DNA of 64,000 bases from Macrostomum hystrix (taxonomy: Eukaryota > Animalia > Platyhelminthes): the NCBI GenBank assembly GCA_950097015.1, contig CATNEN010000007.1, forward strand, positions 1,798,001-1,862,000. Reading direction: 5' to 3'. The position numbers and the translations under genes were made by a program. Positions 1 through 11,783 of the stretch are shown in pieces; position 1 is the first letter of the stretch; the number at the start of each line of letters is the position of its first letter. The notes beneath the pieces are model-generated. The model did not search any database. It was not told the DNA's origin and saw only the letters and a list, made by a program, of their open reading frames with translations.

Positions 1-851
1 AATTGGAAATGGGATAAAATGGGTGTTTATTTTATTTGTGGGAGTTCTGAAAGAGTCTTAGTCGATCAGTCCTAGAATTAGACAGGTTATTTGATCAGAA
101 AGTGACGCAAATGTTAATCTTTATTTGGCTTATTGATTAGCTCGTGTATAATAATTTCTGCCACTTTAAAAAACTATCAGCAGAGATGCATGAAGTCTAT
201 AAGTGAACTGGCTTTTTCGTTATAATTAGAGTGTCGCCATAATGAAAGTTAAGATTTCCAGCAGAATTTATTTTGCTTTTAAACTTAGAAATCAGTAATA
301 ATTAAATACTAATGGGGTTATAGTGTTAGAGCACTGAGGTTGTTATATAAGAGAAAATTGCTGTTTAAAACGTTTCTTAGCTTATCAGCAATTCAGCTAG
401 AAACTGTCATTAAATAAGTGCAAAAGGCCATTGTGGTCTAAATGAAAGTTTGCGCCCTCTCTCAGTTGAACCAGTTGTTTAAGGCTTCATGTACAGTGGC
501 GGCTCCCGTTGCTAGCGTAAGTAAAGTAAGTATTTGTATACTCAGATATGGCGACCGGAAAGCTACTTAAAGTAGTCTGTTAGCTGAATTTGATTACGAG
601 CTAATGAAAAAGCAAATTCGTTGTAAAGAATGGTTTGATTAGTCTAACATTTGCGGTGCCTAACTTATATCACCAAAATTACTGATTGATTTCGCTTATC
701 TGATTGATCCGATAATTTCTGATAGCTCACCTGATTGAATATCCTATAACTTATTCCAGGAATTTTACTCTGTGCGTAGAGAGCACTTTAAAATCTGTAG
801 ATCCAGTTGTGGTATTGTTTCATCTGGGATTTAAGTTAGAAGTCTTAATAT

Positions 852-1060
852 GAAGGCTGCGTATTACTGCTCAGTCCATGGACTGGGGGGACGCCACACC
901 CACCCTCAATTACCCCAGCTAATACTGGCACCCATTTGAACAGCCAGGTGAACTGAAAGAGTGTCTTGCTGAAGAACAAAAATTGTACTAGTGGAGTCCG
1001 GAATCGAACCCCCGATTTGCAAGTCGAGAGTCTGTCGAACTGACCACTAGGCTACAACCC
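852..1060 (-). mobile_element. tRNA-headed SINE family 1 (CORE-like), copy
   Basis: Reverse complement of A/B boxes (GGTTCGATTCC), a CORE-like body, and the shared GGGTGGGTGTGGCGTCCCCCCAGTCCATGGACTGAGC segment. Confidence 0.8.
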
Positions 1061-1184
1061 CATTGTACTGCGAATACTAGTACTAGTACAATCTACCTAT
1101 CCACAGAAAACCCATTTAGGAATTGTGGATTTGAGCCAAAATATCCCATATCCCAAACTACTTGACTAATTGGCATCTTTCCAG

Positions 1185-4100
1185 GCTCGCCTGCCCTTCG
1201 CGCAGCTCGGCCGGTCAGCCGCGGTCCTGCTGCGTCAGAGGCGAGGCTTGGCCACCGCCGTCTCCGCCGCTGCCGACTCCCGCATCATGCCGACGTCATC
1301 CGGCTGGAGTCCCGGCACTTCAGCCGGTCTGGCCGATCTTCGCCGACGCTTCCTGCAAAGTCACGCCGGCCTGCCGCCCCTTCCTGTGCCATCACTGGAC
1401 GCCACTCTGGATAAGTACATGCGTGCCATCGCCCCCATCGCCACCGACGTCGAGTTGGCTGAAGCCGTCAGGCTAGTCAACGATTTCAAGCAGTCCGGCG
1501 TGGCTGACCAACTGCAGCGACTGCTGCTGAAGCACGCCGAGGGGAAGGACAACTGGGTAAGTGGACTATGCTACTGGATGACCCTCAGAGATCTTCAAGA
1601 TCCTCGATGATCCTATATGATCCAGATCCACTCGATCATCCCAAATCCCTTAAGATCATCCCAGATCCCCACGAGCATCTCAAATCCCTCAAGATCATCC
1701 CAGATCCCCACGAGCATCCCAAATCCCTCAAGATCATCCCAGATCCCCACGAGCATCCCAAATCCCCCATGATCATCCCAGATCCCCACGAGCATCCCAA
1801 ATCCCTCAAGATCATCCCAGATCCCCACGAGCATCCCAAATCCCTCAAGATCATCCCAAATCCCTCAAGATCATCCCAGATCCCCACGAGCATCCCAAAT
1901 CCCCCATGATCATCCCAGATCCCTCAAGATTCTCCCAGATCCCCCAAGATCATCCCAGATCCTCTAAGATTCTTACAGATCCTCCAACATCCTCCCAGAT
2001 CCCCAGGATCATCCCAGATCGCTCAAGATTCTCCCAGATCCCCCAAGATCATCCCAGATCCCTCAAGGTTCTCTCAGATCCCCCAAGATTCTCCCAGATC
2101 CCCAAGATCATCCCAGATCCCTTAAGATCATCCCAGATCCCCACGAGCATCCCAAATCCCTCAAGATCATCCCAGATCCCCACGAGCATCCCAAATCCCT
2201 CAAGATCATCCCAGATCCCCACGAGCATCCCAAATCCCCCATGATCATCCCAAATCCCCCATGATCATCCCAGATCCCTCAAGATTCTCCCAGATCCCCC
2301 AAGATCATCCCAGATCCTCTAAGATTCTTACAGATCCTCCAACATCCTCCCAGATCCCCAGGATCATCCCAGATCGCTCAAGATTCTCCCAGATCCCCCA
2401 AGATCATCCCAGATCCCTCAAGGTTCTCTCAGATCCCCCAAGATTCTCCCAGATCCCCAAGATCATCCCAGATCCCTTAAGATCATCCCAGATCCCCACG
2501 AGCATCCCAAATCCCTCAAGATCATCCCAGATCCCCACGAGCATCCCAAATCCCTCAAGATCATCCCAAATCCCTCAAGATCATCCCAGATCCCCACGAG
2601 CATCCCAAATCCCCCATGATCATCCCAGATCCCTCAAGATTCTCCCAGATCCCCCAAGATCATCCCAGATCCTCTAAGATTCTTACAGATCCTCCAACAT
2701 CCTCCCAGATCCCCAGGATCATCCCAGATCGCTCAAGATTCTCCCAGATCCCCCAAGATCATCCCAGATCCCTCAAGGTTCTCTCAGATCCCCCAAGATT
2801 CTCCCAGATCCCCAAGATCATCCCAGATCCCTTAAGATCATTCCAGATCCTTCTATCCAGCATTTCCAATCATTCCCATTCAGCTGACGGAGTGGTGGTT
2901 GCACACGGCCTACCTGGAATATCGTGAATCTTCCGTCATCAACGTGAATCCAGGAGTCCGATTGCCTCGCCAGCGATTCTGCAGCCGAGCCGACTGGCTG
3001 GCATTCTGCGCCGAGGCCGCTCTGGGCCTGATCGATTTTCAACGCCTTCTGGCCGAGGGTGGCCTGCCGGTTGAACGGCTGCGCGATGCCCCGCTGGACA
3101 TGAGCCAGTACTTCAGTTTGCTGGGCACCTGCCGCCTGGCCCGGCCAGTTAGGGACGACCAGCTGGTGTGGGACGGCCGGCCCAGCGACTGTATGATTGT
3201 CGCCTTTGGCAACCAGTTCTACAGGGTGCAGCTGCTCAGAGCCGAGGAAGCCGAACGGGGCGTTTGGGCGCCCCTGCCGCTTGCCGATGTGCTGGCTCAA
3301 CTGGTAAGGGAGCCATTCTGTCATTCACTGCTTTCAGTGTGCCATTCACTCACTCCATTCACTGTGACTCACTCACTCCATTCACACTTATTCACTCACT
3401 CCATTCACAGTGATTCACTCACTCCATTCACTGTGATTCACTCACTCTATTCACAGGGATTCACTCACTCTGTTCACAGTGATTCACTCACTCCATTCAC
3501 AGTGATTCACTCACTCCATTCACAGTGATTCACTCACTCCATTCACTGTGATTCACTCACTCCATTCACAGTGATTCACTCACTCCATTCACAGTGATTC
3601 ACTCACTCCATTCACTGTGATTCACTCACTCCATTCACTGTGATTCACTCACTCCATTCACTGTGATTCACTCACTCCATTCACAGTGATTCACTCACTC
3701 CATTCACAGTGATTCACTCACTCCATTCACAGTGATTCACTCACTCCATTCACTGTGATTCACTCACTCCATTCACTGTGATTCACTCACTCTGTTCACA
3801 GTGATTTATTTAGCCTATTCAGAAGTCCACAGCAATATCCCAATTCAAACTCCTCTTTACTCCCCTGCGTATCCGCCCAACGCCCAGGTGGACATTGTGG
3901 AGGGCCATTCCGAGCGTCAATTTTCGATTCCCAACGGCGGCGTCGGGCTGCTCTCGTCGATGCACCGCGACCGCTGGGCGGAAGCGAAGGCGCAGCTGTG
4001 CGGCTCGCACCCGGAGAACGCGGCCGCAATGCGCCAAATTGAGCGCTCCGCCTTCCTGCTGTGCTTGGACCGGCCCCTGCTGCAGGGCCAGGAGTGGGCC

Positions 4101-7002
4101 AGGGCCACCAGGGCCGAGCGGGACGCTGAAGTCTGCGGCAACATGCTTCACGGCTGGGGCTTCGGGTCTGGCAACAGCGGCAATAGATTCTTTGATAAGA
4201 CACTGCAGGTTAGATTTTGTTGTTGCCTAATGCTGTCTTTGTTTCACATTCCCTGCTAGCGAAGTCTCTAAGAAGTCTGAATTCTATAATAGCAAGTTTC
4301 TTGTAAGTGTTACTTAATTCTATAATGTCCATTATGTCTTTATCGTTCGAAGTAGTCTTTGTATTTTGAGGAAGCCATGACCCTACGCTAAAGTCTTTAT
4401 CAAACTAGAAATTCCGTATCCTTCCTACTTAGTATTTTTCCTACTTAGAAGTCTTCATCCCACCATGAAGACTTTCTCGTATTAGTATTTGCCCTTATAG
4501 AAGTCTTTATCCTTATAGAAGTCTTTGTCCTTATAGAAGTCTTTGTCCTTATAGAAGTCTTTGTCCTTATAGAAGTCTTTGTCCTTATAGAAGTCTTTGT
4601 CCTTATAGAAGTCTTTGTCCTTATAGAAGTCTTTGTCCTTATAGAAGTCTTTGTCCTTATAGAAGTCTTTGTCCTAAAGTCCTTATTGTCCTAAAGACCA
4701 GTAAATGTGCTTTAAGTCCCTCTCTGACCCACCGACTGACTACTGCAGGTGATCATCGCCGAGGACGGAGCATTCGGATTTCACTACGAGCACTCGCCGG
4801 CGGAGGGCGTCGCCGCGATTCGAATCTTCGACCATCTGCTGGACCGGCTGGCCGCTGGAGCAGCCGGTGAGCTCGACCTGCCCGACGGTCTGCCGCCCGT
4901 ATCCTGCCAGCCGCTGGACTTTCGGCCCTACCCGGGACTGGCGAAGGACCTGGCTGATGCTGACGCCGCCCTGCAGGCCCAGATTGACAATCTGCAGATC
5001 ACCTGCCTGGAATTCGACGCCTACGGCAAGACGTTTGTGAAAACGCAGTGTAGATTGAGTCCGGATGCCTACTTTCAGGTTGGAAATTCTCCATTGTCTC
5101 AATCCTTCTTTAATATGATAATGTGGGATCCCCATACCCTATCTGGGTTCCCCTCCGTTCCCCCATACCCTATCTGGGTTCCCCTCCGTTCCCCCATACC
5201 CTATCTGGGTTCCCCTCCGTTCCCCCATACCCTATCTGGGTTCCCCTCCGTTCCCCCATACCCTATCTGGGTTCCCACGACTTCCCCATACCATATTTGG
5301 GTTCCCATCCGTTCCCCATACCATATCTGGGTTCCCATCCGTTCCCCATACCATATCTGGGTTCCCATCCGTTCCCAATACCCTATCCGGGTTCCCATCC
5401 GTTCCCCATACCATATCTGGGTTCCCATCCGTTCTCCATACCATATCTGGGTTCCCATCCGTTCGCCATATCATATTTGGGTTCCCATCCGTTCCCCATA
5501 CCATATCTGGGTTCCCATCCGTTCTCCATACCCTATCTGGGTTCCCATCCGTTCCCCATACCCTATCTGGGTTCCCACCTCTTTTCTGCAGGTTATTTAA
5601 GAAACCGGTTTACCCCCAATCCAGGTGGCCCTCCAGCTGGCCTACTACCGCCTGTACCAGCAGCACTGCGCCACCTACGAGTCCGGCTCGCTTCGCCGAT
5701 TCAAACTGGGTCGCACCGACACAATCCGGTCTTGCACTAGTGAGAGCGCCAGATTCTGCCAGCTGATGTGCCAGGTGATTTACTTGATCATTTATCAGTT
5801 CACATTTATTTTTAACCTTATAGATACCCTAAAATTCTATCATCCAGCATGTCAGTTCCATCATCCAGCATGTCAGTTCCATCATCCATGTCAGTTCCAT
5901 CATCCAGCATGTCAGCTCCATCATCCAGCATGCCAGTTCCATCATCCAGCATGTCAGTTCCATCATCCAGCATGTCAGTTCCATCATCCATGTCAGTTCC
6001 ATCATCCAGCATGTCAGTTCCATCATCCAGCATGTCAGTTCCATCATCCATGTCAGTTCCATCATCTATGTCAGTTCCATCATCCAGCATGTCAGTTCCA
6101 TCATCCATGTCAGTTCCATCATCTATGTCAGTTCCATCATCCAGCATGTCAGTTCCATCATCCAGCATGTCAGTTCCATCATCCATATCAGTTCCATCAT
6201 CCATGTCAGTTCCATCATCCAGCATGTCAGTTCCATCATCCAGCATGTCAGTTCCATGATCCAGCATGTCAGTTCCATCATCCAGCATGTCAGTTCCATC
6301 ATCCAGCATGTCAGTTCCATCATTCAGCATGTCAGTTCCATCATCCATATCAGTTCCATCATCCAGCATGTCAGTTCCATCATCCATATCAGTTCCATCA
6401 TCCAGCATGTCAGTTCCATCATCCATATCAGTTCCATCATCCAGCACGTCAGTATTATCATCCAGCAAGTCAGTATTATCATCCAGCAAGTCAGTATTAT
6501 CATCCAGCATGTCAGTTCCACCATCCAGCACGTCAGTATCAAAACAATCCGGCTGTCATTTCCCCTCCCCAAGGACGAGTCGCAGGCGGCCGCCCACGCA
6601 TTCCGGTCGGCCTGCCAGGCGCACTCGCTGCTTACCGCACAGGCTGTGGCCGGGCAGGGCATCGATCGGCACCTGCTTGGCCTGCGCCTCATCGCCAAGC
6701 AGCACGGCCTGCCGGAGCATCCGCTGTTCCAATCGGCAGCCTATCGACGCGCCTTTCACTTCCAGCTCAGCACTAGCCAGGTGCCATCAGAGACTGGCGC
6801 CACAATGAGCTTCGGCCCGGTAGTGCCAGACGGCTACGGTGTCTGCTACAACCAGCTGGACGACCGCTTTCTGGTGTCGCTGACCGCCTTCAGAGACCGT
6901 AGGGGCACCGATTCTGATAGGCTGGCGGCGAGCCTGCGGGACAGCCTGCTGGACATCCGCGACCTCATGCTGCTGTACACAGATAAGCCGGCCAGACTGT
7001 GA
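1185..7002 (+). CDS. CRAT: Carnitine O-acetyltransferase (choline/carnitine acyltransferase family), 6 coding exons; start codon uncertain
   Basis: Phase-0 exons 1185-1556, 2884-3303, 3888-4208, 4749-5078, 5625-5774 and 6574-7002, with GT..AG introns. Family motifs: [33 protein letters not shown], catalytic [56 protein letters not shown]. The protein ends in ARL*. The in-frame ATG at 1287 lies downstream of an MTS-like segment. Confidence 0.92.
1600..2860. repeat. Minisatellite (39-bp unit built of ~13-bp GATCATCCCAGAT subunits) with a 355-bp higher-order repeat; CRAT intron 1
   Basis: Identical ORF translations start at 1906, 2261 and 2616. Confidence 0.95.
3340..3800. repeat. 23-bp minisatellite ATTCACTCACTCCATTCACAGTG; CRAT intron 2
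   Basis: Direct inspection. Confidence 0.95.
4494..4675. repeat. 18-bp minisatellite CTTATAGAAGTCTTTGTC; CRAT intron 3
   Basis: Direct inspection. Confidence 0.95.
5128..5578. repeat. 30/31-bp minisatellite GTTCCCATCCGTTCCCCATACCATATCTGG; CRAT intron 4
   Basis: Direct inspection. Confidence 0.95.
5837..6540. repeat. 21/18-bp minisatellite CATCCAGCATGTCAGTTCCAT; CRAT intron 5
   Basis: Direct inspection. Confidence 0.95.
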
Positions 7003-7136
7003 GCTCCAGTGCTTTTTTACTGGTCCTGGGTGTCGAAATCGAAATTGACAGGCTAATTCTTCTACATTGAAGGTAAAATGTGGTCCTGAAAAGGGCCGTT
7101 TTAGTATTTTTATATCTTGATAACCAGATTATTCCA

Positions 7137-7186
7137 GGTGGAGTCAGGAATCGAACCCCCGACCTTCAAGTCGTAAGTCCAACGCT
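7137..7186 (-). mobile_element. SINE family 1, head-only fragment
   Basis: GGAATCGAACCCCCGACCTTCAAGTCGTAAGTCC matches the head of the other copies. Confidence 0.6.
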
Positions 7187-7654
7187 ATTTTCTGATTCAG
7201 ATGGGCCGTTTGAAACCAGTTTGATCAAATCTGATCAGTCAGAATCAGTTTCTGTAATTTTAGCAGTGTTTTGCAGTCTAATTTATTTATTTGATCGTAG
7301 TCTTGCTCCTAATGTTTTTTTTATTAATTTTATTCGTTTTTCCTGACTTTCTAGTTTCTCTTTTACTGAACAAATCTGTGTGTTTTGGATAACTCAAAAG
7401 AACCCCTTTACCTTATTTTATAATCGTACTATAGTACTGATACTTTTTGCGCTAAAGTTATTGAGTAGTATATTATCTATATAAAAAATATAATTCCTGA
7501 TTGTTTAATCAAATTATATACTAATTTCTAAATATGTATCACTGTCATCTATCGGTTCTGATCATAAATACTTTGTCATTTTCATTTTTCATCTAACAAG
7601 CTGTAGTAATATACCAAAAAAGATATTAGAAATTTTCTTCGTAGGTTCTTAGTG

Positions 7655-8282
7655 GGCTGCAGGTTGTGAGGTGTGTGTACACAGTGTGTCTGTAGGTTGT
7701 GAGGTGTGTGTACACAGTGTGTCTGTAGGTTGTGAGGTGTGTGTACACAGTGTGTCTGTAGGTTGTGAGGTGTGTGTACACAGTGTGTCTGTAGGTTGTG
7801 AGGTGTGTGTACACAGTGTGTCTGTAGGTTGTGAGGTGTGTGTACACAGTGTGTCTGTAGGTTGTGAGGTGTGTGTACACAGTGTGTCTGTAGGTTGTGA
7901 GGTGTGTACACAGTGTATCTGTAGGTAGTGAGGTGTGTACACAGTGTATCTGTAGGTAGTGAGGTGTGTACACAGTGTATCTGTAGGTAGTGAGGTGTGT
8001 ACACAGTGTGTCTGTAGGTTGTGAGGTGTGTACACAGTGTGTCTGTAGGTTGTGAGGTGTGTACACAGTGTGTCTGTAGGTTGTGAGGTGTGTGTACACA
8101 GTGTGTCTGTAGGTTGTGAGGTGTGTGTACACAGTGTGTGTCAGTAGGTTGTGAGGTGTGTGTACACAGTGTGTCTGTAGGTTGTGAGGTGTGTGTACAC
8201 AGTGTGTCTGTAGGTTGTGAGGTGTGTGTACACAGTGTGTGTCAGTAGGTTGTGAGGTGTGTGTACACAGTGTGTCTGTAGG
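7655..8282. repeat. 33/31-bp minisatellite TGTAGGTTGTGAGGTGTGTGTACACAGTGTGTC
   Basis: Direct inspection; 11-aa periodicity in the ORF track. Confidence 0.95.
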
Positions 8283-8911
8283 TGGTATTTTCTGTTTAAA
8301 TAAGATTTCAATAAATACTTTTTCCTCGCTATTATTCGCATACGCAATTGTACACTGCAGTATCAATTAAGCATTATAATTTTTACAGTGCCGAGTAGCT
8401 CATAGAACTGTAGCCCTGAAACAATAACAATTGTTTAATCGCAGTATACTGTGGACACAACAGAGCTTTCATAACGGTATAATTTCTGCTAAATTTCATG
8501 TTCATTTGGTCATGAAGGCATATCGATTCAAGCTATGTGTTTCAAGCTATGTGTTTCAAGCTATGTGTTTCAAGCTATGTAAAAATTGATAAGCAATTTA
8601 TAATTTGTAATATTGATTTTTTTAATAAATAATTCTGTTTTGCACTTATCAACATGCATGATTGATCAATCCTAAATTAGGAATTGGAATTGGTTTACCG
8701 CGTGTTCTGTCCTTTGTACGAGGAGTTTAACCACTAAAATTTTAGTTTTTATTCTAATTTCATCATCATTAATTTCAATTTCATTCATTTCTAATTTCAG
8801 TGGACATGAAAAAAATTCATGGTGAACTTGGAATTTTATTTCTAGTTTTGATTTTTTCGGTATAGTAGAATCACTGAACGTTTCTTAGAACATTCTAATC
8901 CTTGATGGTTA

Positions 8912-9187
8912 GGGGGTCGGTGGCAGAGCGGTCTAACGCGTTTGCCTCTCGCAACAAGGTCCCTGAGCTCGATTCCGCGTCAGGCAATGTACACTCTCCG
9001 CACAGTGAGAGTGTACATTGCCTGACGATCAGAAAGTCTGGGAAGATGTACACACCTGTGTGAGCGTGTGCTCAGGAGTCAGCGAAATGGGCGGAATTGC
9101 CTTCTCTCTGGCTGCGGGTCTAGTGTCACCAAACGATGTGCCATTGCCCGCAGCCCTCCTGCAATTATTATTATTATTACTATTATT
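8912..9187 (+). mobile_element. tRNA-headed SINE family 2 with (TTA)n tail; rearranged copy
   Basis: GGTGGCAGAGCGG A box and GCTCGATTCC B box. 3' stem GGCTGCGGG..CCCGCAGCC and an ATT tail. Confidence 0.85.
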
Positions 9188-9999
9188 CGCGATTTCATGG
9201 AATGTTTGAATATTTCATTGTTTCCTGGAAAACTGTAACTGTTTTACGTTTTCCTGGAATATGTTTATCCATGTCGTATCCTTTGACTGTTTCGTGAAGT
9301 ACGAAATCTTGAAATCCTATTTTTGAGTCCAGCTTTTTTAACCATAGAAATTGGCTCATGAACCAGTTTATTTTTTATGTCATTCGTGGAGTTTCAGTAA
9401 ATATGAACTGTTATTACAGTTTTTTTCCAAATGCTTGATTCTTAAGGTTACCTAATTCTCCCCTATCTGTATTAAATCTTACCTGTCTACTATACTACGT
9501 ATTCTAGTGTTAGCAAAGGAAAACTTTTTTCTTAGGCCTAAAAGCCAGCATCTGGGGACAGCTTCTTCAACTAGGATGCACAAATTTATCCGGAAGACAG
9601 ACAGCAAACTGAAGGCTGAAAAAGCATGCCCAAGCCGAGACCGCCATGCCATCAATTACGCGGGCAAAAAGCCTTTCTTTTAAGAAGGAATCACCGGAAG
9701 ACGAGATGCACCGCGCAGCAGAAGCAGCCAGATGTGTCGCGGTGCGTCGCCGCGCCAGCGCCAGCATTGGCGGCTTGAATCCGATCGATATGGTCGCTGA
9801 AGTAAAGCGGAAGCCGGGGTGACGTGGGGTTAGGGCGAGAGCTGTTGCTTACACTGCAATGGAATATAATGGACCTCCCTGCAAAATATGCCTATGCACC
9901 GCTTGTACAGTAAAAGCAGCATTGTATCATTTTCGTGGGATATTTTGGCGTCTACCAATGAAGGCCGATTATATAAGTATACGAGAGTATAAGAGATTA

Positions 10000-10272
10000 G
10001 GGTTGTAGCCCTGCAGTTAGAGCGTCGGACTTAACGACTTGAAAGTCGGGGGTTCGATTCCCGACTGACCTAGAAAAATTTGTATCCTTTATCAATGAAC
10101 TTAAACTGGCATTGCTTCAGTTCACCCAGCTGTCAAATGGGTGCCAGTATCAGCTGGGGTAATTGAGGGTGGGTGTGGCGTCCCCCCAGTCTATGGACTG
10201 AGCAGGCGTGCACAGGCCTTTAGATGCGCCGCGCAATAGCTGCGGCTGTGCTGTCGGCATCACATCTGGCCC
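10000..10272 (+). mobile_element. SINE family 1, near full-length copy
   Basis: GGTTCGATTCC B box, CTTCAGTTCACCCAGCTGTCAAATGGGT body, and a 3' GC hairpin region shared with the 53595 copy. Confidence 0.85.
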
Positions 10273-10689
10273 GATTATGGCAGGTGTAATCAAATATTGG
10301 AAGGGAGAACCAGATACGAGATATCGAAAGAAACAAAAAAGCAGAGAGTTTTGAGAGCTAATTATCGGTATGCAGTTTTCATGCCAAGCAGAGACGTTGA
10401 AAGCTGTGAATGAATTTGTACATGCAGTACAGTGCATATTGTGGACAATAAAATATAGCCAGTAGCACGTCATAAAACTTCAGCAGACGGTCGTCTGGTT
10501 GTGTTACTTTTTCTCATTTCCCATCTTTCTTACAGCTCGGCTGCTGTGTGGACTCATAAAGCACGATTTACCCGATGGTTATGGGTTGGAGGTCAGCTGG
10601 CAATGCCCAGATGTAACTAGCTAGGGCTCTGTGTGGGTCTGGGAATACAGCAACAATTCTAAATAGTTGGCTATGAGAAGAGAAGAGAA

Positions 10690-11480
10690 TAGAGAATAGT
10701 AGAAGAGAGTATGAGAAGAGAAGACTGAAATTTATGGAAAATTTATGGAGGGAAATGAAGAAACTGAAGGAAGAGTAAAAGAAAAGTGAAGGGAGAATGA
10801 ACGATAAATGAAGGTAGAATGAACGATAAATTAAGGGAGAATGAACGATAAAAGAAGGGAGAATGAACGATAAATGAAGGGAGAGTAAAATATAAATGAA
10901 AGGAGAATGAAAGAGAAATGAAGGGAGGGACAAAGAGAAATGAAGGGAGAATGAAAGATAAAGGAAGGGAGAATGAAAGATAAATGAAGGGAGAGTGAAA
11001 GATAAATGAAGGGAGAGTGAAAGAGAAATGAAGGGAGATTTAAATAGAAATGAAGGGAGGGACAAAGAGAAATGAAGGGATAATGAAAGATAAATGAAGG
11101 GAGAGTGAAAGAGAAATGAAGGGAGATTTAAATCTAAATGAAGGGATGAATAAAGAGAAATGAAGGGAGGGACAAAGGGAAATGAAGGGAGGGACAAAGA
11201 TAAATGAAGGGAGAGTGAAAGAGAAATGAAGGGAGATTTAAATAGAAATGAAGGGAGGGACAAAGAGAAATGAAGGGAGAATGAAAGAGAAATGAAGGGA
11301 GAATGAAAGATAAATGAAGGGAGAGTGAAAGAGAAATGAAGGGAGATTTAAATAGAAATGAAGGGAGGGACAATAAGAAATGAAGGGAGCGACAATGAGA
11401 AATGAAGGGAGATCAAAGGAGAAATAAAAGGAGATTTAAAAAGAAATGAAGGGAGATGAAAGAGAAATGAAGGGAGAGTG
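10690..11480. repeat. Purine-rich ~20-21-bp degenerate minisatellite (GAAAGAGAAATGAAGGGAGA)
   Basis: Direct inspection. Confidence 0.9.
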
Positions 11481-11783
11481 AAGGAAAAATTAGGGGGTTG
11501 TAAGAGCGATGAAGAGAGACTTGAAGAAAAATAAAGGAAGATAAGATGAGAAATAATGAACAGTGAAAGACAAAGTAAAAGGATATAAAAAGAGAAATAA
11601 AGGGAGAGAGTAAAAGATGCTGCAGTTGACAGAACCGTCTCAGCCAATCACATCGCTTCCATCGAGCCAGCCAATAGCGAAATTCCGTAGGCCATGCTGA
11701 AACTCGCGCATGAAGAATTCTGCGATCATATTTTCCTTTCTTTATTCTCGCATTCGATTTCGTCTTAGCTCGGACGAGAGTCT

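Noticed and set aside
5818-6531. Long periodic ORFs (MLDDGTD, CQFHHPA, MSVPSSS), and similar ORFs at 1568-2927, 5123-5740, 7582-8366, 10568-11647, 13459-13779, 25584-25913 and 27768-28220
   Set aside because: All coincide with minisatellites whose unit lacks stops in that frame, and the host genes splice across them.
9020-9050. CTGACGA-TCA-GAAA (and CTGATGA-TAA-GAAA at ~30125) resembling a minimal hammerhead core
   Set aside because: The 3-nt stem II cannot form, there is no U16.1 to pair after GAAA, and the motif is absent from the most intact family copy (50581-50871).
9570-9825. GC-richer patch with short ORFs on both strands
   Set aside because: No recognisable motif, frames are interrupted, and no exon partners were found; left uncalled.
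10000-10070. tRNA-like sequences here and at 990-1060, 8912-8980, 47376-47450 and 50800-50871
   Set aside because: They have A/B boxes but no complete cloverleaf and continue into shared SINE bodies, so they are SINE heads, not tRNA genes.
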